A stretch of DNA of 64,000 nucleotides from Lama glama (taxonomy: Eukaryota): NCBI GenBank assembly GCA_028534125.1, contig CM052816.1, positions 24,926,001-24,990,000 of the forward strand, given 5' to 3'. Of the stretch, positions 38,560 through 51,342 are shown piece by piece (position 1 is the first letter of the stretch; every line of letters begins with the position of its first letter). A model generated the notes under the pieces. It saw only the letters and a program-made list of their open reading frames with translations, was not told where the DNA came from and made no database searches. The translations under genes were made by a program, and so were the position numbers.

Positions 38560-39635
38560 GATCCCTTGATGAATTCAGCTTTTATTAAAGTCACCAAATA
38601 TACCTAAAGACAAAGAGTAGATGGCTTATTTTCCCCTAATTGATAGCTAACTCCTTACTGGCTTCTGGGATATTAGTTCTTCCTGACTTTCTACACTTAG
38701 ATGCATTTTCCTGTTTAATCTCATCACTGGCCCCTCTTCTTTAGACTGCCAATTAATTTCCAAGGTCTATCCTTTACTCTCATATCTGCTGTTTAGAGAT
38801 TATTCCATAGCTCAAGCTGTAATCTGATGATTTAAAAATTTATATTACCGGAGATCTCTCTCCTAAATTTCAAAATGAGTTTATCTGACATCTAGATATC
38901 TACTAGGTATCTGACTTAAACTAACAGGTTAAAAAGTGAATTTCTCACCTTGCGTACGTGGACTCACCCTGAAAATCCCTGCTGTTCCCTCCTTCCCCAT
39001 TAACTACATATGATCCTTCTTGACTTTTTAATTCCAATAAATGGCACACCATTCGTCTACTTGCTTGAGACACTTCTTTGGGAATTATCCTCCTCACTTC
39101 CTTCTCTTTCTCCTTGCATCAAGAAACTAATGTATTATGTCAGTCCAGCCCCCACCCCCCAACCTGAATCTGTAATTCATCCATTTCTCTTCACATCCAT
39201 TTCTCATTACTTAATAACAGGCCATCTTCCTTCTCACCTTGGTTTATGGTAAGATTTTTATTCTTTTCAGACCTCCAGTTTTGTCACTACACAATAAAAT
39301 TAAAAAAAATTTTCTAAAGAACATCTTCTCCATAAATTTTTTTAGGTATACTGCTACCTCAGCCTGGAATGTCTTTTCTTTCCCCTCCTCTTTACCAGAA
39401 CTCCCATTTGCCATTCATTACTTACGTTACTAGTCATCAGGGGGCCTTCTTGGTTTCCAAGTGCTGACTTTTCCTCCTTGTGCATGTTCCCATCTTATCA
39501 CATCACTTATCACATCATGTTTTACCTGCAGATAGCCTAACTAGATAGAAAGCTCTTTGAATGCATACATATACATCCAGTGCTATATACAAGATCTTGC
39601 ACATAGTAAACACTTAGTAAATATTTGTTATGTTT
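38560..39635 (+). mobile_element. L2 fragment including 3' end
   Basis: GATCTCTCTCCTAAATTTCAAA...TGACATCTAGATATCTACTAGG; AATAAATGGCACACCATTC; terminal CTTGCACATAGTAAACACTTAGTAAATATTTGTT. Confidence 0.7.
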
Positions 39636-40409
39636 TTAAAGAAGAGTAACATTCTTAGTGTCTATGTCATTATATCCAAAGCCAATGAAATGTTATTTTG
39701 GCAAAAATATCCCCCATTACAAATATTGTAAAAAACACAATAGATTCTATTTTAATACTTATTGTACTTTAGCACAGATGTATCTTGAAAGTAGTAATGA
39801 AAGCTACATTAAATATTTTATTTGATGTTTGCTATGAAGTTTATAATAGTTTCTCTTCAAGGAATTGACCAGTTGGCTGACTGATTATCTAGAAACAAAA
39901 TTTCCTGATTGGTCTTTACTCTCTTTAACATTTTTGCCAAAATGGTCATGGTGTTAAGTTTATAGGCTATGCCAAAAATTATATTTGAAGTTATATGTTT
40001 TACTATGTAATGCTTCTACATAACTGAAAGAATTTTTATGAATTTGTGAACGTGCTATTAACTTTTATTTCTGATCGTTTTAACAATGTATATGAGACTT
40101 TATTTTCATGAATACTGTAACTGATTTCAGAGAGTAATGCTTCAACACAGGGAAATATTTAAAATGATCTTCATAGATAGTTCACATGGAAAGATTAATT
40201 ATTTACCTATATTACTATGGCAACCAAGTATCAAAGCATGATAAGTATGGACGGTACAATTCTTTGCTTTAGATTCCCCAAATTAATGTAGTGATCAAGT
40301 GCTTGATGACAGCTTCATGTAAAGAACACGAGAACAAAAGTGGAACAAGATATTTTACTTAAGCTCTGTGAAAATATTTTCCTTAAAAATTTATTCTGTA
40401 AGACATTCT

Positions 40410-40840
40410 AATTGGATATATTAATATTAGACAAAATATGTCTTGAGATAAGAAATATTACTTGAAACAAAGTTATTTCATAATGATAAGAGGGTCAATA
40501 TATCAGGAAGACATTAAAATTAAAAATGTGTACACAGGTAGAACCAGAGCTTCACAATACATGAAGCAAAAAGTGAAAGAACTGAAGGGAGAAATAGACC
40601 ATTCAACAATATTAGAGATTTCAGTACTGATTCTCAGTAATGCAATAACAGCTAGACAGAAAATCAGCAAGGATATAGAAGGCTTGAATAACACTATCAA
40701 CCAGTTTGACCTATTTGACATCTATAGACTGATCCACTCCAATAACAGAATACACATCTTATCAGGTCCACATGAAACCTTCTCTAGATTATATGCTATG
40801 CCATAAAATAAGCTTCAGAAAATATAAAAAGATTGAAAAA
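40410..40840 (+). mobile_element. L1 ORF2 endonuclease fragment (older subfamily)
   Basis: ORF 40462-40806: YFIMIRGSIYQEDIKIKNVY...YMKQKVKELKGEIDHSTI...RQKISKDIEGLNNTINQFDLFDIYR. Confidence 0.9.
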
Positions 40841-41319
40841 AATCATTCAAGACATAACAATGAAAATGAAAAGAAGAAAGCAAAACAAAAATTCCCTCTC
40901 AAAATTAGTCTGTTTAAGTCAGAATTCCAAAATCCAGTAAATCATGTGATGCCAAGAAAGAAAGAAAAAATTACAATTAGGGCATTAGTTCTCTCTAGAT
41001 GAAGTTATTGATAAAGAAGAGACAGACCAAGATTTAAAATACTTTTATTTAGAATAATCAAAGGTAAAAATGAAGTAATAACACTATTAAAAACAATAAA
41101 AAACATAAAGCAGAAATTCTAGAACAGGTGAAAATAAAAAATGGTATAAATTATTAAGGAAAAGTTATAAGCGTTGATATAAAACATAAGATTTTGTCGA
41201 AGGGAATTGATAAATAGTAATGAGTAATTCACCTGAAACAGTTATGTCTCCCTTTTCCATTCATTCTTCTATGCTGATTGAGAGTGTCCAGAAACATAGC
41301 TAGTTTTGCTTTGCTCCTT

Positions 41320-41475
41320 GTTCATTCATTCTCTTACTTGGCAGATACTGATAAGCATTGACTGTGGCAGGTGGTTGTAGATGCTTTCATGGAGCTTACA
41401 TTCTAGTAGGAAGAGACACACATTAATTAAAAAATAAGATAATTTCATTGTGTAATAAGTGATGTTAAAGAAATA
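41320..41475 (-). mobile_element. L2 3' end fragment
   Basis: TTCATTCATTC...TACTGATAAGCA...TGCTTTCATGGAGCTTACATTCTAGTAGGAAGAGACA. Confidence 0.65.
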
Positions 41476-42226
41476 GCATTTCCCTCTGAGTTCAGTAGGA
41501 CTTCTGACTACAGAGAAAGCATTCTTGGCAGCTTATCTAGGTCAGCAAGTCAGGATTTGTGTAAGGTTATTCAGCCCCTGGTGAGTGCCGTCCAAGCTCT
41601 GTGCTGGCTAGGGGTTGAATCATTATGGTATTTAAAATGTCATTGCACTGATAAGTATTTCTACTTTTGAAATAATTAACTAGAATTACAGATATCAAAA
41701 CCAGTATAAAAATATAGGACCTAACAGCTGTTTAACACTGCATTAATAAAAGGTTTCCTTAATAACCAATGCAGATGGAGAATTAATTGAGGAGATGAGA
41801 AAACCCAAAGAAGAGAGATAGAAACAGAAGAGAGAGAATCTTTGATGAAGCTACTTTCCTTTTCATTTTATTTTCTTCATCTAACTTAAACTGGTAATCT
41901 GAGGTCATAGTTTTCAGGACTGACTATCCAAGTTACATATCCAAGTTTATTGAATTGCACTGTGTCTGTGAATAATTATGTTCTTATTTTGTATTGTGCT
42001 AGTTTAAGACACACATTCCAATAAGCACAGTAACTTTTATTGCCCTTGTAAGCCATAAAGTTTATTTTAGAAAAAACTCACCTTCTGTTTCTTAATACTC
42101 ATTAACTGCATTTCTAACCAAACTGTACAAAATAATGATTTTCAAAAGGTTATTAAAAATGGCTTGTATCCCAATTTACTAGCCCAAATTTATTTGTCTG
42201 AATTACATTTAAAACTTCCCAAGATT

Positions 42227-42332
42227 GGGGGTGGGGTATAGCTCAAGTGGTAGAGCACATGCTTAGCATGTACAAGGTCCTGGGTTCAATTCCCAGTACC
42301 TCCTCTTAAAAAAAAAAAAAGGAAATAATAAT
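42227..42332 (+). mobile_element. Vic-1-type tRNA-Ala-derived camelid SINE with perfect TSD
   Basis: A box TAGCTCAAGTGG, B box GGTTCAATTCC, poly(A) tail. TSD AAAACTTCCCAAGATT at 42211-42226 and 42333-42348, at a TT/AAAA L1 endonuclease site. Confidence 0.95.
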
Positions 42333-42789
42333 AAAACTTCCCAAGATTGAGATTTAAGTCCAACCCAAAGTAAATATTATTGTCTAACTTAATCCTGGAG
42401 GTAGTAAATTATCCACATTTACTACAGAACTTGTTAATTATCTCAATAAACATACTAAGAATAGACAAATACGGACATTTTAGAAGAATGGAATCATTGA
42501 GGAAGAATCACCACATCTGCTGAAAGAGTGAGCCTTTCATACCCCAAGTGACAAATCAGCATATTTCTTCCTTTGAGAGATGTTTGATTGGCCTTGGGAG
42601 AGCCAGGGAAAACACCTAAACACAATAACTAATGCTTAACACAGAGCACAGTCAGATTTATTCAATGATCTTTATCGATCCCTTAGGGAAATTGATGTTG
42701 TTGAAAATCATTGAAAGCAGATAATTCCACAGAAAGAACATTATTCAGATGGCTTCTCCATCTTACTAGTCTGATAAATACAGGAGTAG

Positions 42790-42970
42790 GAGAGTATAAC
42801 TTGATACTCAAAGTCAGAGGCTAAAAGAATGAACCTAATTTTAGTCCTGTATAGACAGGCTGCATTTCAAGCTCAGACCAACACACAGGGAAGGAGAAGA
42901 TGGGACAGACAGTATGAGTAGGTCTATACTCTGGACTGTTCATATATTATCTGAAAGAATCAAATGCAGC
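42790..42970 (+). mobile_element. Possible CR1/L3 LINE relic
   Basis: GCTAAAAGAATGAACCTAATTTTAG and CTATACTCTGGACTGTTCATATTATCTG weakly resemble the CR1 RT 3' region. Confidence 0.3.
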
Positions 42971-43857
42971 TACTCACCCAAGATCCGATGAGAAAATACA
43001 AGATTAGAGTTAAAAGACGTAAGTTCTTTGTATGTCTTTATTATTCTGTGAGTTCAGAGAAGTTACTTAACATCTTGGCTTCAGTGTCCCAAATAGAGTA
43101 AACTTGAATCTATAGCACCTTCCCTTCTGAACTCATTATATTGCTAGGAAGATAAAGCAATTGAGGATAAAACCCAGGATAAAGTTAAAACTTCTACAGA
43201 AACGTAACCAACTACTTAAATAGGTGAGCTCAATAAGATTTTACTGGAATCAGTAAAGAATCTTTCACAAGTTAATATTTACTATCTGTAAATGCATAAT
43301 ATTTGCAAGTTTCTTTCCTGTTACATCATTAGCAATCAGTATAGCTCTAAGAACTAATGTCTCAAGTAAGTAGTAAATTAGCCAGTCTCAGGGAAAGGAA
43401 CACATGAACTTTGAATGATACCTACTCTAGCATAAGAAATTCAGCACATATAGATGTGAGTCCTTACCATGAATTCATCCAGTTCCTAAGACCTCTCAAA
43501 TGGAGGACTGCACACCTGAAAGTCTGTAGCTGTGCCCTCTCCAGATCCTATCCCGAGGTGCTCCCACACTGCTAAGCTGTGTGCCCCAGGTGTGCCTTCT
43601 CTGTTCTTTACATAGGAAAGAATCATGAGTCAGCTCTTGCCAGTTTGTAAAGTAGAAGAGGTGACAGTGGAATCACTTTATTTTAAGGTAGCAGGGTCTG
43701 CAGGACCTAGCACTTGGCCAAATGTCTTAATTTTCAAGTCTGTCACTTTCTCCTCACTTTCCATTCCTAACTCCCAACTTCCAGTGATGAATTCTTACAA
43801 GAATGTGAAGTTCATGGAAGATGCGGTTTGATGAGTTAGATCCATGAGCCGTATTCC

Positions 43858-44000
43858 AAAATCTAACCAAGGAGGTGAAAGAATTATACACAGAAAACTA
43901 TAAACCACTGATGAAGGAAATTAAAGAAGACTTTAAAAAATGGAAAGATATCCCATGCTCTTGGATTGGAAGAATCAATATTGTTAAAATGGTCACACTG
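43858..44000 (+). mobile_element. Young 5'-truncated L1 ORF2 fragment running into the gap
   Basis: Open frame [47 protein letters not shown]. Confidence 0.95.
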
Positions 44001-44500
44001 NNNNNNNNNNNNNNNNNNNNNNNNNNNNNNNNNNNNNNNNNNNNNNNNNNNNNNNNNNNNNNNNNNNNNNNNNNNNNNNNNNNNNNNNNNNNNNNNNNNN
44101 NNNNNNNNNNNNNNNNNNNNNNNNNNNNNNNNNNNNNNNNNNNNNNNNNNNNNNNNNNNNNNNNNNNNNNNNNNNNNNNNNNNNNNNNNNNNNNNNNNNN
44201 NNNNNNNNNNNNNNNNNNNNNNNNNNNNNNNNNNNNNNNNNNNNNNNNNNNNNNNNNNNNNNNNNNNNNNNNNNNNNNNNNNNNNNNNNNNNNNNNNNNN
44301 NNNNNNNNNNNNNNNNNNNNNNNNNNNNNNNNNNNNNNNNNNNNNNNNNNNNNNNNNNNNNNNNNNNNNNNNNNNNNNNNNNNNNNNNNNNNNNNNNNNN
44401 NNNNNNNNNNNNNNNNNNNNNNNNNNNNNNNNNNNNNNNNNNNNNNNNNNNNNNNNNNNNNNNNNNNNNNNNNNNNNNNNNNNNNNNNNNNNNNNNNNNN
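44001..44500. other. Assembly gap (500 N)
   Basis: Run of exactly 500 N. Confidence 0.99.
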
Positions 44501-44689
44501 ACTTATTCTTTAGAGAAACTGCTTCCAACTCAGGAGAAAGAACAAATTTTAATTGTAAACCACATGTGAGCAGAAAGAGAATATATTTAGTAAGTCTCAG
44601 CCATGTTATTTTTACTTTCCTCATTTAAAAAAGTTGCATTGACCTATATTCATATCCTTGCTTTGAGATCAAGCAATTCTGCTCAAAAC

Positions 44690-45185
44690 CTGCTAACTCC
44701 CAGTGCCTTGCACAAGAAAATTCAAAGTATCAAATAAGTATTCAAGATAGTCTCTTGGTCTTAAACTTTCTGTTCCCATCCCTCCTCTGCCTCCCACAGC
44801 ACACTACACTGTTACTCCCAATTTCATTAAAATACTCTTACCTCAAAATATCCAACTATAGATTTGCTCACATATTTGTATCTAATATATTTTCCATTCT
44901 TGCTGCTTGTTAAAATCCTCTACTTGCTCAAATCTCAGCTTGAGGTATTCTTCTTTAGGAAACCTATTCCAGCTTCTGTAGTTGAAATTTAATCTTAATT
45001 TCCTCTCTGCTCTCATGTTTTTGTATACTTCTTCCATTATCCTGCTTTGTATTTAGAAAGTTATGTACCTGACAGCCGAACCCAATATGTTGCATGATCC
45101 TTAAAGCAAGAGAGCATGATTTGTTCATCTCTTTTCCACTGATAACACCTAACAGAGTCTTGAATATTTATACGCAGAATTTGCC
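44690..45185 (+). mobile_element. L2 fragment
   Basis: GCTCAAAACCTGCTAACTCCCAGTGCC...AAATCTCAGCTTGAGGTATTCTTCTTTAGGAAACCT...GATCCTTAAAGCAAGAGAGC...ACACCTAACAGAGTC. Confidence 0.55.
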
Positions 45186-46715
45186 AAGAGGAGACCTTTT
45201 CATAGATAAAGAATGAGTTCAAGATAGCGGTTTACAGGAATGATCATTCTGGGATTATCTAGTGACCAACAGAACCTTTTACTCTGTCTCATCCATTCAT
45301 ACTGCCACTTTCTGCTTAACTAAGAGTAGTAAAGTCAGAAAACCTGTGAATCAGAGACAGCTAGAGAAGTATATGCATGTGGTCAAAGATGACTATAAAT
45401 AACTTTTTGGCCAGAGTTACTTGAGGCTTTTTATTCATGAGTGTATCCTCAAGGTTATTGTCTCCTACTAGATGGTGTTTTTTGTGCATCTCTGCATACA
45501 GTTGCCTTTGGTAGTTCAGCCCAGTTCTCTTAACTTTATTATCCTGTTTGTAAACTGGTACTTCAAGGTCAGCTCAGATCAAAAATCTAAGCGCACACAA
45601 AATCAACTAGTGAACTGTGGTCAGAGCTGCTGAGCAAGGACATTTCCATTAGGATCACCTCTGTCACCATTGCTTTAAAGTAAATGTTGAGTGATCATCT
45701 CACAACACAGCAGTATAGCTGTTTCCAATTCTAAGATGCCTTGGGAAGATGCTTGGAGAAAACAGTGAGAAGGCACGTGAAAAAAGAACAGATGGGGAGA
45801 GCTCCACAGGAATTTCATTCCACTATTTCTTTCTCTTTGCTCCATCAGAGGAATGCAAGCCTACACAGGGAGAATAGCTTGAGATTATTAATACAGTTTG
45901 CTTTGCATTTTGTTTTTGTGCATGTGACATTCTTCCTGTCAACCAGAGTTATCACTTCATCTTGACTTATAACTTGAAGGTAGGTGAGAGTGGTAGATTA
46001 GGATTGTTACAGGTGAAATGCAGAGAGATAGATAATATTTTGCTTCAGAAATTCAAAATAAGACCTACTTATTTTAGTAAGTAGATAATAATTTGGTAAA
46101 CGAGTGAAAAGTGAAAAGTCTCCAAAATCCCTATACATCCTCCCTTAGCATGTCATAACCACACCATGGAACCATGAGTTGTATGTAAGATAGGTCCTAA
46201 TCAGGCTGGAAAAAGAAAGTGGGAAATCTCATGTTTTGGTCCTGGGATACTTGGGGAATACTGGGAGATGGAAGCAGAAGATGAAAGAGTAGATGTGTAC
46301 CATCTGCCAATCTGAGATAGAAATGTTGGAGGAAATGCCTAGAGAGATAACGTTTCTTTGATTCATGGTTAGGAATATGGGCAAAATTATCTCTCAGGCT
46401 GCCTCTCACCTTTGCCTATCTGGGAAGTGACCCTGTCAAGTGTAGTCAGTGCCACAGAGTGGTATGGCAGAAGGAGGGCCAGAGTTTAGTTCTTGGATCC
46501 TATGTGTCATGGAGGGTACTCAAGACTTCCTGTTAACACTTTGAAGGGTTGCAGTGCAACTGAAAGTAACCCACTTTGTAGACTACTTGGTGAGAGGAAA
46601 GCTGTATCTGATAGCATACCTGGGAACAGATCCCCAGGCCTTGAGCTCAGTGGAAGACATGGCACCTGTGAGAATCAGGGTGATACCAGTTCAACCAGAG
46701 AGTACTGCCTGGCCA

Positions 46716-46800
46716 GAAGAGAGAGAGAGAAAGAAGATGAAGAAGATGAAGAGAAAGGAGAGTAGGGAGGAGGAAAGAGGGAAGGGAAAGGAAGGGAAGT
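46716..46800. repeat. Purine-rich (GA) low-complexity tract
   Basis: AGAAGAGAGAGAGAAAGAAGATGAAGAAGATGAAGAGAAAGGAGAG...GGGAAGGGAAAGGAAGGGAAG. Confidence 0.85.
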
Positions 46801-48755
46801 TACACCAGATTTAAATGCCAGCAGGTCAAGCAGCAACTAGGTAGACAAGGGTCATTGTCACAGAGCATAGGAACCCACGACAGTATAGCGATGCTGTTTG
46901 TGTACAAGGTTCTCCTCACTGACAATGCTGTAAAGTCACAATAAGCCTCATCCACTCCTGACAACCTCGTAACATCAAAGAAGGAAATGCACGAGGATGA
47001 TGGAAAATCTTAAATACTGACTTTTTAAATCCTAAACTAACTGAAAATTATAACGATATTGATTAAGGATTATTTTAGCTTTTTACTGTTTAAAAGGTTT
47101 TTTTTTCTTCTAGATAGGGATGGGGATTCAGTGTGATAATTATGTTATTTAAGAGATTATAAAGAATTTGCATTTTCAGGATTCATCTGAAGGTAATCTG
47201 AGTAAAGCTGATATCCCAGAACATGGAGAAGTACCACAGCTTTGGCACTTATTACTCTGCTGACTATTAGGACTGACTGGTCTGAATGACCAGGTGCCCA
47301 TTTTTTTCTGATACCACCATTACCTTGAAGCTGGGTAATAGGTCAAAGAAGACAGCATTCTCAGACCAAATAAAGCTGCTCATCTATCCACAGGATGCTT
47401 TTCTTCTGGAAATTTGAGAGAATTTCTAAGAAGTATTAGTGGAAGACTCTTGGGTACTGTCTCTGAATAGAAAGAAATCTATACCCTGTTTATTTAAAAT
47501 TTACATATCTTTAAAAAAATTTCTTGTCATTTATTTTTTCCATCTCCACATCTGTCATGGTTCTTTCCTTTTTTCTTGGAAAAATTTCATGCCCTTACAG
47601 CTTTTGTTTCAAAAGTCTGCTAGTTGAAATAAATTTTCAAAAAGCAATTCTTTTTTTTTTAAACACAAATGTTATACTTCTTGCCATATTTTAACACATG
47701 AAAACAGACACATACAAAATCAGAATCTGTATGATGCAACAAATACAGTGTATATGAAAATTTTAATTATGTAATTTGCTTACACCTGAGAATAGTCATT
47801 TCATTGAGATGTAAACTCATGCAATAACAGCATTTCTAGTAAAGCTTAATAAATGCATCTTTCCCATGTAGTTATTGGCTAAGCAAAGTTCTTTGAAATC
47901 TAAACTACTTTAAGGAGGGTTTATTTTTTAAAGTTTAAAAATTTGGGGAGAAAAACCTCTGTAGTTTATGGGAAAATGTTAACAGATGACTGAAATAAAA
48001 CGTAATTTTATTTTGTCATGTATGATCCATCATATGCAACTATAATTTTGCCTTATAGACCTTTAAGACAGGCCCTCCAGAAGTGCATTTGATCCAATAG
48101 GGAGTGTATAAAAAGTATCTGAGCTATCAACAAAGGAGCTGTAGTCATCATCTGAAATTGACTGAACATTATAAAAGTCCCAATAGGCCAAATGTTTGCT
48201 GTCTTCTTTTCTTCTGTATTCTTTTCAAATGATATTTTGTCTGGAAGTGGTCCCAATACTTTTCTTACTTTTTCTTTCTTTCTTTTTTTTTAAAAATAAT
48301 TTTTAATGACCTTGTAAATATCGTCATAATTAAAAAGGGGAAAAAGGTAAAATGACGTATGTATATGTACATTATATATGTGTATATGTAAGTGTGTATA
48401 TATATATTCTGCCTTTTCTTTATCCATTCATCTGTTGATGGGCACTTATGTTGCTGCTTACATATCTTGGCTATTGGAAATAATGCTATTCTAAACATTT
48501 GGATGCATGTATCTCTTCAAATTAGTGTTTTTGTTTCCTTCAGATACATACTCAGGAGTAGAATTGCTGGATCCTGATAGTGCTCTTTTGTTTCTTGAGG
48601 CACCTCCCCACAGTATCTCAAAGGTGCTGCACCAATTTATAATCCTACCAACAGTGTATTAAGTTTCCCTTTTCTCCACATCCTCGCTAACATTTGCTAT
48701 TTGTAGACTTCTTGATGATAGTCATTTGACAGGTGTCAGGTGATATCTCACCGTG

Positions 48756-48890
48756 TTTTTTTTTTTTAACACCTTTATTGTGGTATGATTCCTGTACAGT
48801 AACTACACATATTTCAGATGTACAATTTGAAGAATTTTGATAGATGTATATACGCCAGTGAAACCCCCACCACAATCAAGATAGTTAACA
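48756..48890 (-). mobile_element. Short L1MB-type 3' terminus inserted into the L1
   Basis: T12-AACACCTTTATTGTGGTATGATT...CAGTGAAACCCCCACCACAATCAAGATAGTTAACA interrupts host TGATATCTCACCGTG|TTTGATTTGCATTTC. Confidence 0.7.
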
Positions 48891-49007
48891 TTTGATTTGC
48901 ATTTCTCTGATTAGTGACATTGAGCATCTTTTCATGTGCCTGTTGGCCATCTATTTATCTTCTTTGGAAAACTGTACAGGTCTTCTGCCCATGTTTTAAT
49001 TGGGTTC

Positions 49008-49120
49008 TTTTTTGTTTGTTTGTTTGTTTGTTTTTTTAATGAAGGTACTGGGTATTGAACCTAGGGCCTCTGTGCATGCTAAGCATGCACCCTACCACTG
49101 AGCTATTTCCCTCCTCCCCT
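49008..49120 (-). mobile_element. Vic-1-type tRNA-Ala-derived camelid SINE
   Basis: Minus strand GGGAAATAGCTCAGTGGTAGGGTGCATGCTTAGCATGCACAGAGGCCCTAGGTTCAATACCCAGTACCTTC followed by an (AAAC)n tail. Imperfect TSD. Confidence 0.88.
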
Positions 49121-51221
49121 CTCTCTCTTTTTTATTAAGTGTTCTTTGTTTTTTTGATATTGAGTTGTGTGAGCTGTTTACATATTTTGGATCTTAACCC
49201 CTTATAGGTCATATCATTTGCAAACATTTTCCCCCATTTGAGTAGGTTGTCTTTTGGTTTTGTTGATGATTTCCTTTGCCATGCAAGTGTTTAATTAGGT
49301 CCCATGTGTTTATTTTTGCTTTATTCTTTTTCCCTTAGGGGACTGATCAAAAACAGAAAAAAAGAAAAGAAAAAAGTATGGCTACAATTTATGTCAGAGG
49401 GTATGCTACCTTTGTTCTCTTCTAGGAATTTTATGGTTTCAGGTCTTATATTTAGATCTTTAATCCATTTTGAGTTTATTTTTGTATATGGTATGAGGAT
49501 CTAAAGACTGTGGTGCCTGATGTGGAGCCTGAATCCCTTGCGCTTCAAGAAAAATAACTACCTTTGTGATCCTTTCTGATTGTGGATTCCTGTGGCTAAG
49601 GTGTGGTTTTCCCTTAGAGAGAGCATGTCTCGATTTGTCCTTCTTATCTTGATGTTTTTTTTCCCCCTTTGTTGTGAAGATTTTGATCATTGTGTTTTAG
49701 GTTCCTTTCAGAAGGAATTATTCCACAAGTAGTTGTAGATTTGTTGTGCCTATGGGTAGAAAGAAGTGAGTCCAGAATCTTCCTACGCCACCATCTTGAC
49801 CCCTCCCTATCATTTTTTTCATTTTATCAACATTTAAATATTTATGCTATTTATAAATTTCATTTTGAGTATTTTTAGCTCTGACTCACTGGTTTATGTT
49901 ATGTACAGCCTATCCATTGTGTATATATACACATTTTTAAAAGACGGAAGAAAATGAACATAAAAAAAAATTTTATGTCCATGACATCATTCAAGATAAC
50001 CAGAAGACAAAAAGAAAAACCAAGTATGTAATGAACATAATAGACCTTCCCATAAAACACTGTTTTACAGGTATAAAGTAAAGTGATCAAAAGCAATGGT
50101 CAATGTAATCCAAAAATTGATATGAAAACATGCAAAAAGGAGAAAACACCCAGATCTGAATTAATCCCTTTACTTACGATATAATAACATGTGTTGAGTG
50201 TTGGTTTCCAAGTCCCTTAATTATAAGTTCTAAACTTCTGTACTGATCAAATTTGTATAAATTTATGAATCCTTCACAATTATTTCTAAATATTTGGACA
50301 GATTATGAAAGTCACTTCAAATGCAAGTCTATTTTCTAACACCCCACCAAATATGTACCCTGGCATACCAGTCAGGATGATTCCATAGTTAGAATCCTTG
50401 GCTAGGGAAGTGTCTGATATAAGCAAACAAAAAGAAAAAGATAAGGTGCCTAAACTAAATAAATTGGTATTTTTGCAGGCCAAGTTGTTGCTTGAGTTCA
50501 GCTTTAAAAAACAAACGAAGTTCACTATAATTACAAAATTATTTTTCTGGGACTATTTTGGAATTTGTACCAGTCCCCACCCCCCCATCTTTCTAGATAG
50601 CCTGTAGTCAGGTTTATATTTTCCTAAGTCCAGGTACATGTCTGACTAGTTACATAATAATGTTGCTGAAGTTTGCCACTTATTTGATCTTCATCCAAAT
50701 GCCCTATCCTACTCTACCTTCAAGTTTATTAACTTCCACACAGATGTGTATCTACTTGATACCAACCTTGCTTATCTCACCTGTAGGTTTGATCTTTTTG
50801 ATCTTAAGTATGCCTAAATCAGAGTTGTTTACAGACAATATCCCTGGCCAGCTAAGGAGCATTCACCTAAAACACAGCAATCAATCGAGACACAGATGCT
50901 CAGAGAATCCACTTCACAGGGGGAGAAAAAGTTAAATCAATTCGTAATAGTTTTATCTTTAAAAAATATCACACAATTTGAGCTGGAATAATGCTTATAT
51001 AAACTGAACATCATAGTCTCTTTAGGATTGCCCATCTGTGTTTATTAGCATAGAAAAGAAATGCCATTAGAACAAGTTCCACTGCCAAATTATCCCCAAA
51101 ATTGCTTACAAGATTTCTTTGCATAAGGATACCTAATATTAATAAAACTATTTATTTGTTTTCAAATCACTTTAATGTAGATGATTTGCCAAATATCCCA
51201 AAAGGGTAGAATAAGGACAAG

Positions 51222-51293
51222 TTTGTTTGTTTGTTTTTATTGATGTATAGTCAGTTTACAATGTTGTGTTAATTTCTGGTATATAGCTAGTGA

Positions 51294-51342
<49 letters not shown>

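Larger units (their letters stand above)
48390..49808 (-). mobile_element. Internally deleted L1: about 310 bp of 5' UTR joined to the ORF2 C-terminal region, with two nested insertions
   Basis: Minus strand starts GGGAGGGTCAAGATGGTGGCGTAGGAAGA (L1 5' end with YY1-type AAGATGG). At about 49497 it switches to CATACCATATACAAAAATAAACTCAAAATGGATTAAAG (ORF2) and runs to KCPSTDEWIKK. Confidence 0.8.

Noticed and set aside
42232..42304. tRNA-Ala(AGC) gene
   Set aside because: It has a poly(A) tail, a 16-bp TSD, extra 5' G's and a broken anticodon stem, and two related copies occur in the window, so it is a SINE.
46493..46814. ORFs with K/E/R-rich tails
   Set aside because: They are produced by the purine-rich low-complexity tract. 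The upstream part may be an old LTR that I cannot classify.
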